DNA of 64,000 bases from Candidatus Yanofskybacteria bacterium (lineage in GTDB: Bacteria; Patescibacteriota; Minisyncoccia; 2-02-FULL-40-12; GWA2-44-9). The notes under the pieces are model-generated. The model made no database searches and was not told the DNA's origin. It was given only the letters and a program-made list of their open reading frames with translations. This document shows positions 36,139-48,242 of the stretch, piece after piece. The first letter of the stretch is position 1. Each line of letters begins with the position of its first letter. The stretch spans positions 2,885 to 66,884 of the forward strand of contig JACPNL010000019.1 of assembly GCA_016185505.1 (NCBI GenBank), in the 5' to 3' direction. A program made the position numbers and the translations under genes.

Positions 36139-37073
36139 AACAATTTGAGTTCAATGAGGTCGTATCGGCGCTTACCCATATTCGAGGCGGTATTCCAGCG
36201 GTCAGATTATCAACGAGGATTCGTTTGGGCCAGCATAGAAGTATTTTCTTCGGTCCCAGTTATGATTTTTACGATATTCAGGAATATGACCCGGAGCGTG
36301 ATCCGCCGAATCAAATAATCCACTCTTCTGTCGGTTCAGACGAGGATATGATCTATGCTCGTAAATGTATCGAACAGCACGAAGTCAAGGTGATTGTTCT
36401 GTCTGACTTGAGTTCGTCTATCGATGCGGGTACGGACTTTGCTAGAAGGCGCTTACTTCTCGAATCGATCGGCTATATAGGGCTTACCGCGGCTCGCTAT
36501 CAAAATCCACTGGGTCTAGTTGGTTTTGCGGATAAGGTTATTTTAAAGTTGCCGGCCAGATGCGGCCAGAATAATTTTTATCATTTGCTTAGATTAACAT
36601 ATGATTTTTTGGCAGAACGCGATCCTGATCAAGCAAAGACCCTTGCTAGAAAAACAGATTTTTTCGTCGCCCTTGACTTCGTCAGAAGGTCTTTCGGCCA
36701 GCGATGTTTTATACCGATGGTCTCCGATTTTATTGGATTTGAGAATGTCGTTAATTCGTCTCTCTTGAGAACCGTTGCCGCAAAGCACGAACTGATATTC
36801 ATTTTTTTAGACGACCCCATGGAACTTATTGCCGCACAAGGTATAGGATATTTGCGGATGGAAAATATTGAGGACGAGGACGGCAAACAAGCCATTGTTT
36901 CTAGACGGAAACTGCCGAAACTTGAAAAGGACTTGCGTCAAAAAAGAAAAGAGTTGAGACGGGAGTTGGCAAGATTAAGTATCGGCTCCACTGTTCTAGA
37001 ATATGGCAAACACTTTAATCGCCTCCATAGATTTTTTACGAAAAGACACAAACTTTTAAATGTCAGACACTGA
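36135..37073 (+). CDS. DUF58-family protein (MoxR partner; vWA-like fold)
   Basis: Overlaps the moxR stop by 4 nt. Size and position are typical of DUF58 in Bat-type operons. Confidence 0.6.
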   Translation: MKQFEFNEVVSALTHIRGGIPAVRLSTRIRLGQHRSIFFGPSYDFYDIQEYDPERDPPNQIIHSSVGSDEDMIYARKCIEQHEVKVIVLSDLSSSIDAGTDFARRRLLLESIGYIGLTAARYQNPLGLVGFADKVILKLPARCGQNNFYHLLRLTYDFLAERDPDQAKTLARKTDFFVALDFVRRSFGQRCFIPMVSDFIGFENVVNSSLLRTVAAKHELIFIFLDDPMELIAAQGIGYLRMENIEDEDGKQAIVSRRKLPKLEKDLRQKRKELRRELARLSIGSTVLEYGKHFNRLHRFFTKRHKLLNVRH

Positions 37074-37134
37074 CATGCGCATCCTTGACGGTTGCGCTTT
37101 TTTTATTTATCTTTTTTCAAAAGCACATTAATAA

Positions 37135-38238
37135 TTGGGGAAAGCGATGCTGTATAAAGTGCTGTTTTGCGTCGCCGTGTTGCTTATCGGAACTCCTCCA
37201 GAAATTCAAGCCCAAGAAGTTGTTCCAACTGTCGTTGAAATGCAGAGGGATTCTACCAAACCGACTACCGTAAGAACAGGAGAGCCGTTTACCCAGGTTT
37301 ACAAAATAAGCTATATCCGCTCAAAAAACCCGAAAAGGTGGGGGAAAGAAGTTCTTATTCTTGAAGACCAGATGAGACCCCTCGTCTTTCCGGCGCCTCT
37401 CGGCGATTTTGAAATAATCGGCTGGGTTCTGGATGAACCGGTGGCTACTGAAGGCGAAGAGACAGACGAGCTTACGCGGTATCTGCGACTCACCTTAAGG
37501 ATTATCAAACCTAAAAAAGATGCTTATGAAGTGCCCAAATTCAATGTCTATTGGGCATTGAAGAATGGCGATAAAATCGAAAACCAAGATCCGATAGAGA
37601 CGGAACCAGTTCACGTCAATTACGTGACTACGGCAACAAAAGACCCATATCTTGATATTCGCGACAATATCGAATCTGGCGGCTATTTTCGAGAAGCAAA
37701 TATGTTCTGGTGGATATCTCGGCTAGGTTTCTTGGGCATATTTATCTCCTTATTTTTGCTGGTAGCGTCGCTGCGTCTGGTAAAACATCGCAAGATGGAA
37801 AGATCCAAAGAAAAACCGACTGAAGAAGAGGGTCAGGAGTGCGTGGTTGTATCCAAGCCGCTTTCTTTTAACCAAGCGTATAGAAACTTTTTTAAAGAAG
37901 CCGGTAGATTATCCAAAGAACGCGGATTATCAGATCTGACCATGGAAAGGAGTTTATACACGGCTGTTCGTAATGTTTTAGCAACTAGATTGGGAAAGAT
38001 TAAGCCAGGGGATACTGCCGCTGATATTGGACTCTATATTGAGAAAAATGTAAAAGCGGGGGTTTACAAAAACACCTTGTTTGAATTACAGAAAGCTCTT
38101 GTTTTTCATCGAAAAAATATTGAATCCGGTGTGGCATCTATGCTGACTGACTCCTATTTATACAAACTCAAGGGTTTGGTTCGTTTGCTTAAGCGTCGTT
38201 GGCGAATTATGGCATTTCTAAGGAAGAGAAAAGTATGA
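37135..38238 (+). CDS. BatD-like membrane protein (exported N-domain, single TM, cytoplasmic C-domain)
   Basis: Signal peptide, ~190-aa extracytoplasmic domain, TM helix ISRLGFLGIFISLFLLVASL, then a basic cytoplasmic domain. Confidence 0.45.
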   Translation: MGKAMLYKVLFCVAVLLIGTPPEIQAQEVVPTVVEMQRDSTKPTTVRTGEPFTQVYKISYIRSKNPKRWGKEVLILEDQMRPLVFPAPLGDFEIIGWVLDEPVATEGEETDELTRYLRLTLRIIKPKKDAYEVPKFNVYWALKNGDKIENQDPIETEPVHVNYVTTATKDPYLDIRDNIESGGYFREANMFWWISRLGFLGIFISLFLLVASLRLVKHRKMERSKEKPTEEEGQECVVVSKPLSFNQAYRNFFKEAGRLSKERGLSDLTMERSLYTAVRNVLATRLGKIKPGDTAADIGLYIEKNVKAGVYKNTLFELQKALVFHRKNIESGVASMLTDSYLYKLKGLVRLLKRRWRIMAFLRKRKV

Positions 38239-39374
38239 ATTTTTACGAAATTCTGGCTACCGGCTTAGATTCGTTGTCTGGTATTAGCCCTTCCGAAATC
38301 AAATATTCCCAGTGGCATATATCTGTCTGGCTGGCAGCTATACTGGCTATGCTAGTTATGCTGAAGTCATTGTTTAGCCGGAACAGCGATTCGCAAAAAT
38401 GTTCCGGCTATTTAATTCCCGCTTATTATCATCGGGGTTTCTCCCGTCAATTAGTTGATCTATTATTCAAGACAACTCTTGCGCTTGGCGTGGGTATGCT
38501 TCTCGTCGCGCTGGCTGATCCGTTTGTGCCGACAATTAAGACGGAGTCTGTTTTGAAAGAATCTAAGGAAAGGATAGATCTGATCGACGTTTCTACGTCC
38601 AAGGGCTGGTTATTTGAAAATATCGGCAAATCAGCCGGACGACTGGGGAGAGAAGCGCATCTTAAATTTCTAAAGATGCGCCAAGGCAAAAACGACAGAG
38701 TGTCTTTGTGGCTCTTTTCAACGAAAGCCACTAAGGTAGAAAGCTTTATCGCTGATGACGAACTTTATTATCAGCAGGTTGAAGATGCTCCGTATGTGAT
38801 CACCAGTCCGGGAAATCCTTGGCTGCCTCAGTTTAATTACCCTGCATCTTGCCACGTAAATATTCCCGAAAGCCGTTTGGAGTTAGTGTTCGCGGAAGGC
38901 GGGACTTTCTTAGATACCGGTCTTAGGTCGGTAATTAGACACTTTGACGAGGAAGGCGATAAAAGAATAAAAAGAAAAGCCGTTATCATAGAAACAGACG
39001 CCGCTGTAGACGTTTTTCCTAAAACAGAATTACAGGAATTACGCAAAAAAAATATTCATCCCTATTTTCTGTACATAAAACCAAACGAAGAATGCGAAAC
39101 ACTGGCTGGCAATATGTATAAAGGGCTTGTAAACGCGCAGAGATTGAAATTGGAAATTGAAAAATACGGGGGCAAATTTTATGATATTCAAAACGCAGAC
39201 AGTCTGAACAGGGCTTATCAGGATATTGACCGGCTTGAAGCGGTTGAACTCAAAGAAACCCATGTCGTTGACAAGCTGTACTTGTTTCAGGCGTTTATTC
39301 TGCTGGGTATCTTAATTGCGGTTATAGCAATTACCGGCATTTTAGTGGCTGAAATTTTTGGGATTTATCCGTAA
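38235..39374 (+). CDS. vWA-domain membrane protein (BatA-like), paralog 1
   Basis: N-terminal TM helices, MIDAS motif DVSTS and a C-terminal TM helix. A paralog of the ORF at 39481 (HLKFLKMRQGKNDRVSLWLF vs HLEFLKMREGKNDRVSFWIF). Confidence 0.6.
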   Translation: MNFYEILATGLDSLSGISPSEIKYSQWHISVWLAAILAMLVMLKSLFSRNSDSQKCSGYLIPAYYHRGFSRQLVDLLFKTTLALGVGMLLVALADPFVPTIKTESVLKESKERIDLIDVSTSKGWLFENIGKSAGRLGREAHLKFLKMRQGKNDRVSLWLFSTKATKVESFIADDELYYQQVEDAPYVITSPGNPWLPQFNYPASCHVNIPESRLELVFAEGGTFLDTGLRSVIRHFDEEGDKRIKRKAVIIETDAAVDVFPKTELQELRKKNIHPYFLYIKPNEECETLAGNMYKGLVNAQRLKLEIEKYGGKFYDIQNADSLNRAYQDIDRLEAVELKETHVVDKLYLFQAFILLGILIAVIAITGILVAEIFGIYP

Positions 39375-39480
39375 TCCCGTCTTCTCTTGTTTGAAGGCGG
39401 GTTTTTGTTTAGTATTGCGGCAAGTACGTTAAAAATTTAAGGGGCAGATTAAATGAAGCATTATTGTAGAGACAGAACTT

Positions 39481-40617
39481 ATGCTTAAGCGTATTTGGGA
39501 CACGGTTCTTATGATTTGGGAAGAAATTTATGATTTTTTGGGCATAAATTTTATGGAGATACATTATCCCGATATCAATTTTTCCATAGTCGCTGGTCTG
39601 ACTCTCTTATCACTGTTTTTGGTTAAAATTTTATGGCGGCGTCTTAAGCGGGACAAAAACGCGCAGAAACATTCCGGCCACGAAATAAGCAGATATTATT
39701 TGCGGGGGTTGATCGCCATGTTTTTAAGCGCTATTTCCAAAGGCGTGTTCGCGCTGGCGGTTGCCGGCGTTCTCTTGGCTCTAGCCGAACCGTTCTTAGA
39801 TCAGATAAGGGAAGACCAAAAGGTCATAGAATCAAGAGTCAGAGTTGACGTAAGGGACGTTTCGAGTTCGATGAAATTATTTTTCCCGAATGTTTCCAAG
39901 TCAAAAGCTCAAGTTGCCGCTGAAGCTCATTTAGAATTTTTAAAAATGAGAGAGGGTAAAAATGACAGAGTTTCTTTTTGGATTTTTGCTTCGTATCCGC
40001 ATCTGATTGAAGACTTTATCTCCGATGACGCCCTTTACTATCAGCAAGTTGAAGATGCTCCATGGTTAGCGCAGAGTATGAATATGGAATCTTCGTTCGG
40101 ATCGCAGGTGGTACCCGCAGAGAGATACGGCGCAATCTCCGGAGAAGGCGGAGGAACAGACATAGTTCTTATCCTTCAAGCGGTAATAAAACAGTTTGAC
40201 GAGGACGAAAAAAAGTTAGCAAAAGCGGGCATTAACATTAGAAGAATAAAAAGATCGGTGCTGGTGCTTACTGATGCCGAAGTATATGCGATACCTGATA
40301 ATGAATTAAACGGACTGCAACAAAGAAATATCAAGCCCTATGTTATCTGGATTAAAAGTTCGTTAGTGATTTCTACCCCTGATTTTATCAGCCGGGTACG
40401 CGCTTACGGCGGAGAGTATTTTGATGTTACCGACGAAAACAGTTTGGCAAGGGCCTACGAGTCAATCGACAAATTAGAAACCGCAAAGGTGGTGATTACT
40501 AGAAAATCATTTCAACTGCCTCTTTTTCAGAATTTTATTTTCATGGCTATCGTGATAATGTTTGTTGCCGTCTTTGTGGCTTTGTTGATTGAACCATTCG
40601 GTGTTTATCCAGAATGA
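39481..40617 (+). CDS. vWA-domain membrane protein (BatA-like), paralog 2
   Basis: MIDAS DVSSSM; same architecture as the ORF at 38235. Followed by the terminator AAACCTCCGTTATTGCGGAGGTTTTTT at 40628-40655. Confidence 0.6.
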   Translation: MLKRIWDTVLMIWEEIYDFLGINFMEIHYPDINFSIVAGLTLLSLFLVKILWRRLKRDKNAQKHSGHEISRYYLRGLIAMFLSAISKGVFALAVAGVLLALAEPFLDQIREDQKVIESRVRVDVRDVSSSMKLFFPNVSKSKAQVAAEAHLEFLKMREGKNDRVSFWIFASYPHLIEDFISDDALYYQQVEDAPWLAQSMNMESSFGSQVVPAERYGAISGEGGGTDIVLILQAVIKQFDEDEKKLAKAGINIRRIKRSVLVLTDAEVYAIPDNELNGLQQRNIKPYVIWIKSSLVISTPDFISRVRAYGGEYFDVTDENSLARAYESIDKLETAKVVITRKSFQLPLFQNFIFMAIVIMFVAVFVALLIEPFGVYPE

Positions 40618-40701
40618 TCAAGCGTCAAACCTCCGTTATTGCGGAGGTTTTTTAATTATTGTATAGTATCGCAAAGTTCATTTACATTGAGAAAAGCAAC
40701 T

Positions 40702-41442
40702 GTGGCAGAGAAAAGCGTGGCCAGGCGAGTTATCGGTTCAATTTTGGTTTTGATCACTGCTGTCGCTATGGGTTTTGTCGGCGACTGCCTGTATCAACTT
40801 AACGACCGCCGCAATCGGCTTCACTTGAATATCGCCAGTGGCGACCGCGAGCCATCTCGCGCCGAGCTGAATAATGTAAAATATTTTGACGGATTAGCGC
40901 GGCAATGGAAAATGCATTGGTTTGTCGCAGGCCGCTATCTGCTTAACAGCGATGATGCCATGCTTTACGAAGTGATTGTCGATGATTATTTGGTTGGTGA
41001 CTACAAGAAAGTGGCAGAATCAGAGCAGTTAAGGTCAAGCGACGACTATCGCGCCGCCCATCTTGTGGGAGTTGCCAAGGTTAGGCTTTTGCAGGCCGAA
41101 TACCGAGAAGAGAAAAAACCGGCGGCCCAAAAAAAGCTCATGGAGAAACTGGTCCAGCGCATGATTGATGACGTCAGTCCTTATTTTAAAAAAGCGGTTG
41201 AGAATAGCCCTGATTTCGAATTTCCCGATCCTAACTTTGGTGACCGCTTTAACTACGACTTAACAAGCGATAGGGATGCCGCCAAAAGACTGATTGAAAA
41301 CAAAAAGCCGGCCCGGAAATTTATTTTGGGAATTCCTCAATTGCCCGGAGATGAGTTTGGCGACAAGAAAGCGCCTGGGGAAAAGGGTCTTAACGAAGAA
41401 ACTCAACCGGGTGCCGGCGGTAATTCCAAGAAGAAGAGCTAG
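40702..41442 (+). CDS. Hypothetical membrane-anchored protein (possibly BatC-like)
   Basis: TM anchor VIGSILVLITAVAMGFVG followed by a charged helical domain. Start uncertain (GTG at 40702 or 40717; the ORF tracks from 40639 inside the terminator). Confidence 0.4.
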   Translation: MAEKSVARRVIGSILVLITAVAMGFVGDCLYQLNDRRNRLHLNIASGDREPSRAELNNVKYFDGLARQWKMHWFVAGRYLLNSDDAMLYEVIVDDYLVGDYKKVAESEQLRSSDDYRAAHLVGVAKVRLLQAEYREEKKPAAQKKLMEKLVQRMIDDVSPYFKKAVENSPDFEFPDPNFGDRFNYDLTSDRDAAKRLIENKKPARKFILGIPQLPGDEFGDKKAPGEKGLNEETQPGAGGNSKKKS

Positions 41443-41444
41443 CC

Positions 41445-42614
41445 ATGATAGCAAAACTGGCCGAATTCAGAAACCTTCAGTTTATTAGCCCGGAATATTT
41501 CAGTTTGTTTAACTTTCTTTATATTCTGCTTGTCGTCTGGCTTGTTGTTTTCGCTGTCCGATATAAAGAACGCGTGAACCGAACAGTCGGTTCGCGCCGT
41601 GTTCTGATTGGCAGAATGTTAAAATTTAACCTTGTTGTTATTGCCGTCGTTCTTCCTTTATCAATTCTGGCTTTATCCAGGCCATATCTTTCCGAGGGCG
41701 CTCTACAGTTTAAAAAAGGCGCTGTTGAGGTTATTTTTATTGTGGATGATTCGGTTTCAATGTGGGCGAAGGATATTGTGCCATCTCGGTTGGGAGTATC
41801 GGCTCGGGAAATTGCCCGGGTCTATGCGGACCAGATATTGAAAGAAGGAGATAAAGCGTCTCTGGTTATTTTCGGCAAGACGTCTTTGAAAAAATTGCGT
41901 CTTTCCACAGATTTTGAACGTTTTTATAGCGAGATTTTGAAAATAGGCCCGCCTGAAAGTCTGACCGGTGACGATCATCCGTGGGATTCCGATATCGCTT
42001 TGGCTCTGACGGATACTTACAACTTTCTTGATATGCAGGACAAGCGGTTAGCATATCGGACACGGTTTGGAAAAAATCCGCCCTTGGATTTTGATTGGGA
42101 AACATTTAGTTGGCAACCGGATAAAAAATCTAGCAGGATTGTCATATTTTTTGGTGATGGCGATTATCGTTTTGATGAATATACTGAAGAAAAAACAAAA
42201 CAACTCCAAGCATCTTTAGCGGAATTTCGTCGGCGAGGTCTTAAAATTTATTCGGTAGGCGTAGGCACTAAACAGGGTTACCCTGTGTACAGAGTCCTTG
42301 ATGATTATAAAAGAGGCGTTGATTATTTTGAGCAAACTGAAATTGAGTTGAAAGAGGAAGGAATGACCCGGCTTAATAGAATTACTCTGAATTTTCTAAG
42401 TAGCCAGACCGGCGGCAGTATGGCTACGATTGAAAATAGTACGGGAAGCGCGGCAAATTTTCTGCGCGTTGCTATTGACGGCCACAGGGAGTTAACTGTC
42501 ACTGTCGCCAGTGAACAACAAAAACAAGAATTTTGGAGAGAATTTTTGTACGCGGCATTACTGATTTTTGGGTTAGCTTTTCTCATTATTTTTGTATTGT
42601 CCCCCTATCTGTAG
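41445..42614 (+). CDS. vWA-domain membrane protein (BatA/BatB-like), paralog 3
   Basis: Two N-terminal TM helices, MIDAS IFIVDDSVSM, and a C-terminal TM helix. Confidence 0.65.
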   Translation: MIAKLAEFRNLQFISPEYFSLFNFLYILLVVWLVVFAVRYKERVNRTVGSRRVLIGRMLKFNLVVIAVVLPLSILALSRPYLSEGALQFKKGAVEVIFIVDDSVSMWAKDIVPSRLGVSAREIARVYADQILKEGDKASLVIFGKTSLKKLRLSTDFERFYSEILKIGPPESLTGDDHPWDSDIALALTDTYNFLDMQDKRLAYRTRFGKNPPLDFDWETFSWQPDKKSSRIVIFFGDGDYRFDEYTEEKTKQLQASLAEFRRRGLKIYSVGVGTKQGYPVYRVLDDYKRGVDYFEQTEIELKEEGMTRLNRITLNFLSSQTGGSMATIENSTGSAANFLRVAIDGHRELTVTVASEQQKQEFWREFLYAALLIFGLAFLIIFVLSPYL

Positions 42615-43685
42615 ATGGGGGCTTTTTATTACCGCTTCCATGCTGTACTCTATAGTTTGAGCATGTATTTGCGCGACTCTATTTTAGCGACCATTCTTTA
42701 TTATAATTCTTTTAATTTTCCGCTTACTTTTGCGGAGGTTTTTAAGTATCTTATAAATCCGCAAAGATTGAGGTTAAACCTCAATCAAGGGAGGATATTA
42801 AGGTCAGACTTCAATGAAAGGAGGTCTGACCTTGAATTTGGAGCGGCGGAGATTGCCGTCGAGTTGGAAAATATGGCCAGGGTAGATCTTATAGGTCATA
42901 AGAATGGGTTTTATTTTTTACCCGGGCGGGAAGATCTTTACGAAAAAAGAATAGAGAAAGACAAGTTGGCAAACAGAAAATGGAAAAAATTTCTCTCTAT
43001 AGCCAAATATCTTCAATTCGCGCCTTATTTGGGAGCTGTTTTTGCAAGCGGTTCTTTGGCGGCCAATAATCCCGAACCGAAAAGCGATTTTGATGTTTTC
43101 GTAATTGTTAGATCTGGTCGGCTTTATACCGGACGATTTTTCTTATGGCTGATCTCGTCGGTCCTTGGAGCCAGGCGTGGCCGGTTTGATGTCGTTGCTC
43201 CCGACAAGCTTTGCTTCAATCACTACTTAACCGACGATAATCTCGAATTGTCTCATCGCGGTCTCTATATCGCGCAGTCGCTTGCGAACATGAGGCCGGT
43301 CATTATGTCCGACGGGGTCTTGGAAAAATTCATAATATCAAATAAATGGGCCAGTTCTTATTGTTATAATTTAAGGCAGACAAGTTCCTACAGGAATGTA
43401 AAACCAAATAAAATTATGATTTCGACGGCTAGAATTTTTGAGTTGTTCCTAGATAATTTTGTCGGCGATTTATTGGAAAAAATCTTAAAAATTATCCAGC
43501 AAAAAAGAATAAAGAAAAACCCCGCTACTTACGAATCCGGCGGGCGGATTATTTTTAATGACAAGGAGCTTGAGTTTCACCCTCGTTCTTTCGAAAAAGT
43601 GGTTATTGATAATTATAACAGCGGACTCAAAAAGTTCGGCATATTGGGAGTCGAAGAAAAGGATTCGGGTTTGACCTGTGGATAA
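42615..43685 (+). CDS. Hypothetical protein with a minimal nucleotidyltransferase (Pol-beta-like) motif
   Basis: GSLAANNPEPKSDFDVFVIV fits the GS-x(9-13)-DhD NTase signature. Confidence 0.4.
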   Translation: MGAFYYRFHAVLYSLSMYLRDSILATILYYNSFNFPLTFAEVFKYLINPQRLRLNLNQGRILRSDFNERRSDLEFGAAEIAVELENMARVDLIGHKNGFYFLPGREDLYEKRIEKDKLANRKWKKFLSIAKYLQFAPYLGAVFASGSLAANNPEPKSDFDVFVIVRSGRLYTGRFFLWLISSVLGARRGRFDVVAPDKLCFNHYLTDDNLELSHRGLYIAQSLANMRPVIMSDGVLEKFIISNKWASSYCYNLRQTSSYRNVKPNKIMISTARIFELFLDNFVGDLLEKILKIIQQKRIKKNPATYESGGRIIFNDKELEFHPRSFEKVVIDNYNSGLKKFGILGVEEKDSGLTCG

Positions 43686-43801
43686 ACGACTTGCGAAGTC
43701 GTTTATCCACAGGTTGCTTTGTAATGTCGTTACGCTGTGTTGATTTCTCTTTGGATTGTGGTAGCGTTGGATAAAGTTCATTAACTACAAGAGGCAAAAT
43801 A

Positions 43802-45649
43802 ATGACGAGGATGCTTCGTCCGATTTTGCTGGCGATGTTATTCATATTTATGATCGGGCCTTCCGTTTTCGCGCAGACGCCGAAACCGAAGATATTGAAA
43901 ATGTCTGAAATTCAGTTTAACACCCCAGCAGTCGGATTCTCTGTTTTCAGAGGAGTTGAGCCGGAGAGATTCGAAGTCAAAATCAAGCACGTAACCGATA
44001 TCGAGGGATTTCCGATAATACTTGCCCGTATCTCGGGTGGTCCTATGGAGACGCCGTTGGAAAAAATCGGCGCTGTTGAGGCAATGAGCGGCAGTCCGAT
44101 ATTTGTCGGTTGCGTTGAACTTGAAGAATGTGTCAGAAAAGTGGTTCTTCCCGATAACGACGTGTTTCTTGTCGGGGCTTTGAGTTATGCCCTCGGTTAT
44201 TTTATAGAAGATGGTCCAAATGTCGGACTGACAACGGCAGAATATATGCTGGGAGCGCGGCTAGGCGGTTATGCGGCTACGAGGCAGTTCTCAATTCGCC
44301 CGCCGAATAAAATAATTGTTGACGGTCGGGAATTCAAAAATCTCATGCTTTTTTCGGGAATTGACGGTTTGCAGACGCGGGGGGCGCTGCCCGACGGCAG
44401 TTGCGGCGAATCAGTCCAAAGCGATATCGGGCCGGGTTCAATGGTAACGGTTTTTCTCGCGAGAGGTTCGCGCAATATCGGTGGTTCAGGCACGGTAACC
44501 TGGAGAGACGGCAATACCATCTATATTTTTGGCCACCCGTTTTTTGGCACCGGCGCGGTAAGCTACCCGTTTGCGCAAGTGTCTGTAGCGGATACGCTTC
44601 AGACACCGTTTCAGGCTCACAAAATTATCGGTTGCCGTCTTAAAACGGAAGGCGAGATGCAGATGGATGGAATGTTTGAGATGGCTGGCGTTATCGGCCG
44701 GTCCGCCCGGCTATTGCCGTTTCAAGTTGAGATAGGCGATGATCTGGCTGTTTTTTCTGAAGAGATTGCGGAAAGTCCTCTCGCTTCTCTAATTATCAGT
44801 CAGCTTCCGGTTGTATGGGCGCAGAGCTTCCTTGGCGACCTAAGCCAAGTATCCGCGATTTATCAGACGCGTATAGCGGTAACGGATCATCCCGAAATAT
44901 TTTTGAGCGGGCTGTCGCCCGCGCAAGTGGTTAAAAATCCTTTTGCCGGGATCTTTTCCGAAATTAACCCTGTGCTGGGAAAATTAAGAGACAGTGGCTT
45001 TAGGTATAATTTAGAAGGCATCAAGACACATATTGATCTGGCCAGAGGCGCGAGCGTGTGGACAGAAAAGCGATCATTTCTATCGCAAAATACGGCGAAG
45101 CCGGGAGAGACGGTTTATGTGAACATTGTGCTTGAAGAGCGGTCAAGAGGGTTGAGAAGGCAGGTTAGTATTCCAGTCAAAGTGCCCGACGACTTTAATG
45201 ACAGATTAACTTCCGGGATTCCTCCTCAATTTTCAGTGATCGTGCAAAGCGCCGATAAATTTGTTGATAAAAACGCTTCCAAAGAATTTGCGTCTTTGCG
45301 CGATGTAATCGAGGCGATCAACGAATCAGCCGCGCGGTGGCAGAACGTTTTGTATGTTCAGCAAATTATGCCGTTGACGAAAGCGAAACACGAAGCCGTG
45401 GAGGAGGCCGCCAAGTTATCGGTTCAGCCGGATTGGAGCTGGGTTGAGCTGGATCAGGGAGCCATGTCCAGATTGCCTAAAACGGAAGAGACAGAGATCA
45501 TATTGACAAGCACGCCGGGGTTGGCCCATTTCATTAGCTTCGACGCGACTTTTAAGATCTTAGTCAAATCTTCGGATACAGCATCAGGCGGATCTGTAAA
45601 GAAAAATAAAAGATGGTTTGATTATCTCAAAGTATGGAGAATATTTTAA
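43802..45649 (+). CDS. Secreted protein with a GxSGSP serine-peptidase-like motif (S55/SpoIVB-like?)
   Basis: Signal peptide MLRPILLAMLFIFMIGPSVFA and the motif AMSGSPIFVG. 615 aa, otherwise unassigned. Confidence 0.35.
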   Translation: MTRMLRPILLAMLFIFMIGPSVFAQTPKPKILKMSEIQFNTPAVGFSVFRGVEPERFEVKIKHVTDIEGFPIILARISGGPMETPLEKIGAVEAMSGSPIFVGCVELEECVRKVVLPDNDVFLVGALSYALGYFIEDGPNVGLTTAEYMLGARLGGYAATRQFSIRPPNKIIVDGREFKNLMLFSGIDGLQTRGALPDGSCGESVQSDIGPGSMVTVFLARGSRNIGGSGTVTWRDGNTIYIFGHPFFGTGAVSYPFAQVSVADTLQTPFQAHKIIGCRLKTEGEMQMDGMFEMAGVIGRSARLLPFQVEIGDDLAVFSEEIAESPLASLIISQLPVVWAQSFLGDLSQVSAIYQTRIAVTDHPEIFLSGLSPAQVVKNPFAGIFSEINPVLGKLRDSGFRYNLEGIKTHIDLARGASVWTEKRSFLSQNTAKPGETVYVNIVLEERSRGLRRQVSIPVKVPDDFNDRLTSGIPPQFSVIVQSADKFVDKNASKEFASLRDVIEAINESAARWQNVLYVQQIMPLTKAKHEAVEEAAKLSVQPDWSWVELDQGAMSRLPKTEETEIILTSTPGLAHFISFDATFKILVKSSDTASGGSVKKNKRWFDYLKVWRIF

Positions 45650-45803
45650 CCAAGAGCGGTTCTTGACACCGCTCTTTTATTTGCTAAAATGTTAACCGTT
45701 AGCGCTTAGACGGTCGGACTGCTAAATAGAGCGTAGAACGTGGAGGGTGGAACGTGGTTTTACTAACAACTTTCTACTATCTACATTCTACATTCAAGGT
45801 CGT

Positions 45804-46099
45804 ATGAAAATACAGCCATTAAGCGATCACATCTTGGTCGAACCCATTAAGGAGGAAAAGAAAAAGGGCGGCATAATCCTCCCTGACACTGTTGAAAAAG
45901 AACGGTCTGAAAAAGGCAAAGTTGTTGCTGTCGGTCCGGGCAAACGGGCAAGTTCATCAGCCGGCGAAGGAAAACGTGTGCCCCTAGATGTCAAAAAGGG
46001 CGACGTGGTGCTTTTCACCAAATACAGCCCCAATGAAGTTAAAGTTGACGGGAAAGAATATCTGGTCATTAAAGAAGATGATATATTAGCAATTATAAA

Positions 46100-46103
<4 letters not shown>
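45804..46103 (+). CDS. groES: Co-chaperonin GroES
   Basis: [14 protein letters not shown]...GGIILPDT...GKVVAVGPG. The tracked ORF begins at 45747, but the conserved start is M at 45804. Confidence 0.9.
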
Positions 46104-47994
<1,891 letters not shown>

Positions 47995-48037
47995 AAACTA
48001 AAAAATAAAGTAATTTAGAAATTGAGAAATAAAGACT

Positions 48038-48080
48038 CAAAACACGGCCACCAAGCCGTGTTTTGAGTTTAAATTTTTTT
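48038..48080 (+). terminator. Rho-independent terminator after groEL
   Basis: CAAAACACGGCCACCAAGCCGTGTTTTGAGTTTAAATTTTTTT. Confidence 0.6.
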
Positions 48081-48176
48081 GTTGCAATATTTACACGATC
48101 GTTGAATTATTGCAACTTACATCATTCTCATATTCTTGAGAATATGAGAATGATGTAAGGAGGGTCAAGGGTGTTC

Positions 48177-48204
48177 TTGACACATTTATTTGGTCCTGTA
48201 TAGT
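48177..48204 (+). promoter_or_regulatory. Putative promoter TTGACA-N16-TATAGT for the lipoprotein gene
   Basis: TTGACACATTTATTTGGTCCTGTATAGT. Confidence 0.4.
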
Positions 48205-48242
48205 TAAACTACTTCCTTGAAAACGTACAAAAAGGGCTAAAA

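Noticed and set aside
40639-40701. ATG start at 40639 for the gene downstream of the second vWA paralog
   Set aside because: The ATG lies inside the terminator hairpin AAACCTCCGTTATTGCGGAGGTTTTTT; a downstream GTG before the TM anchor is more plausible.
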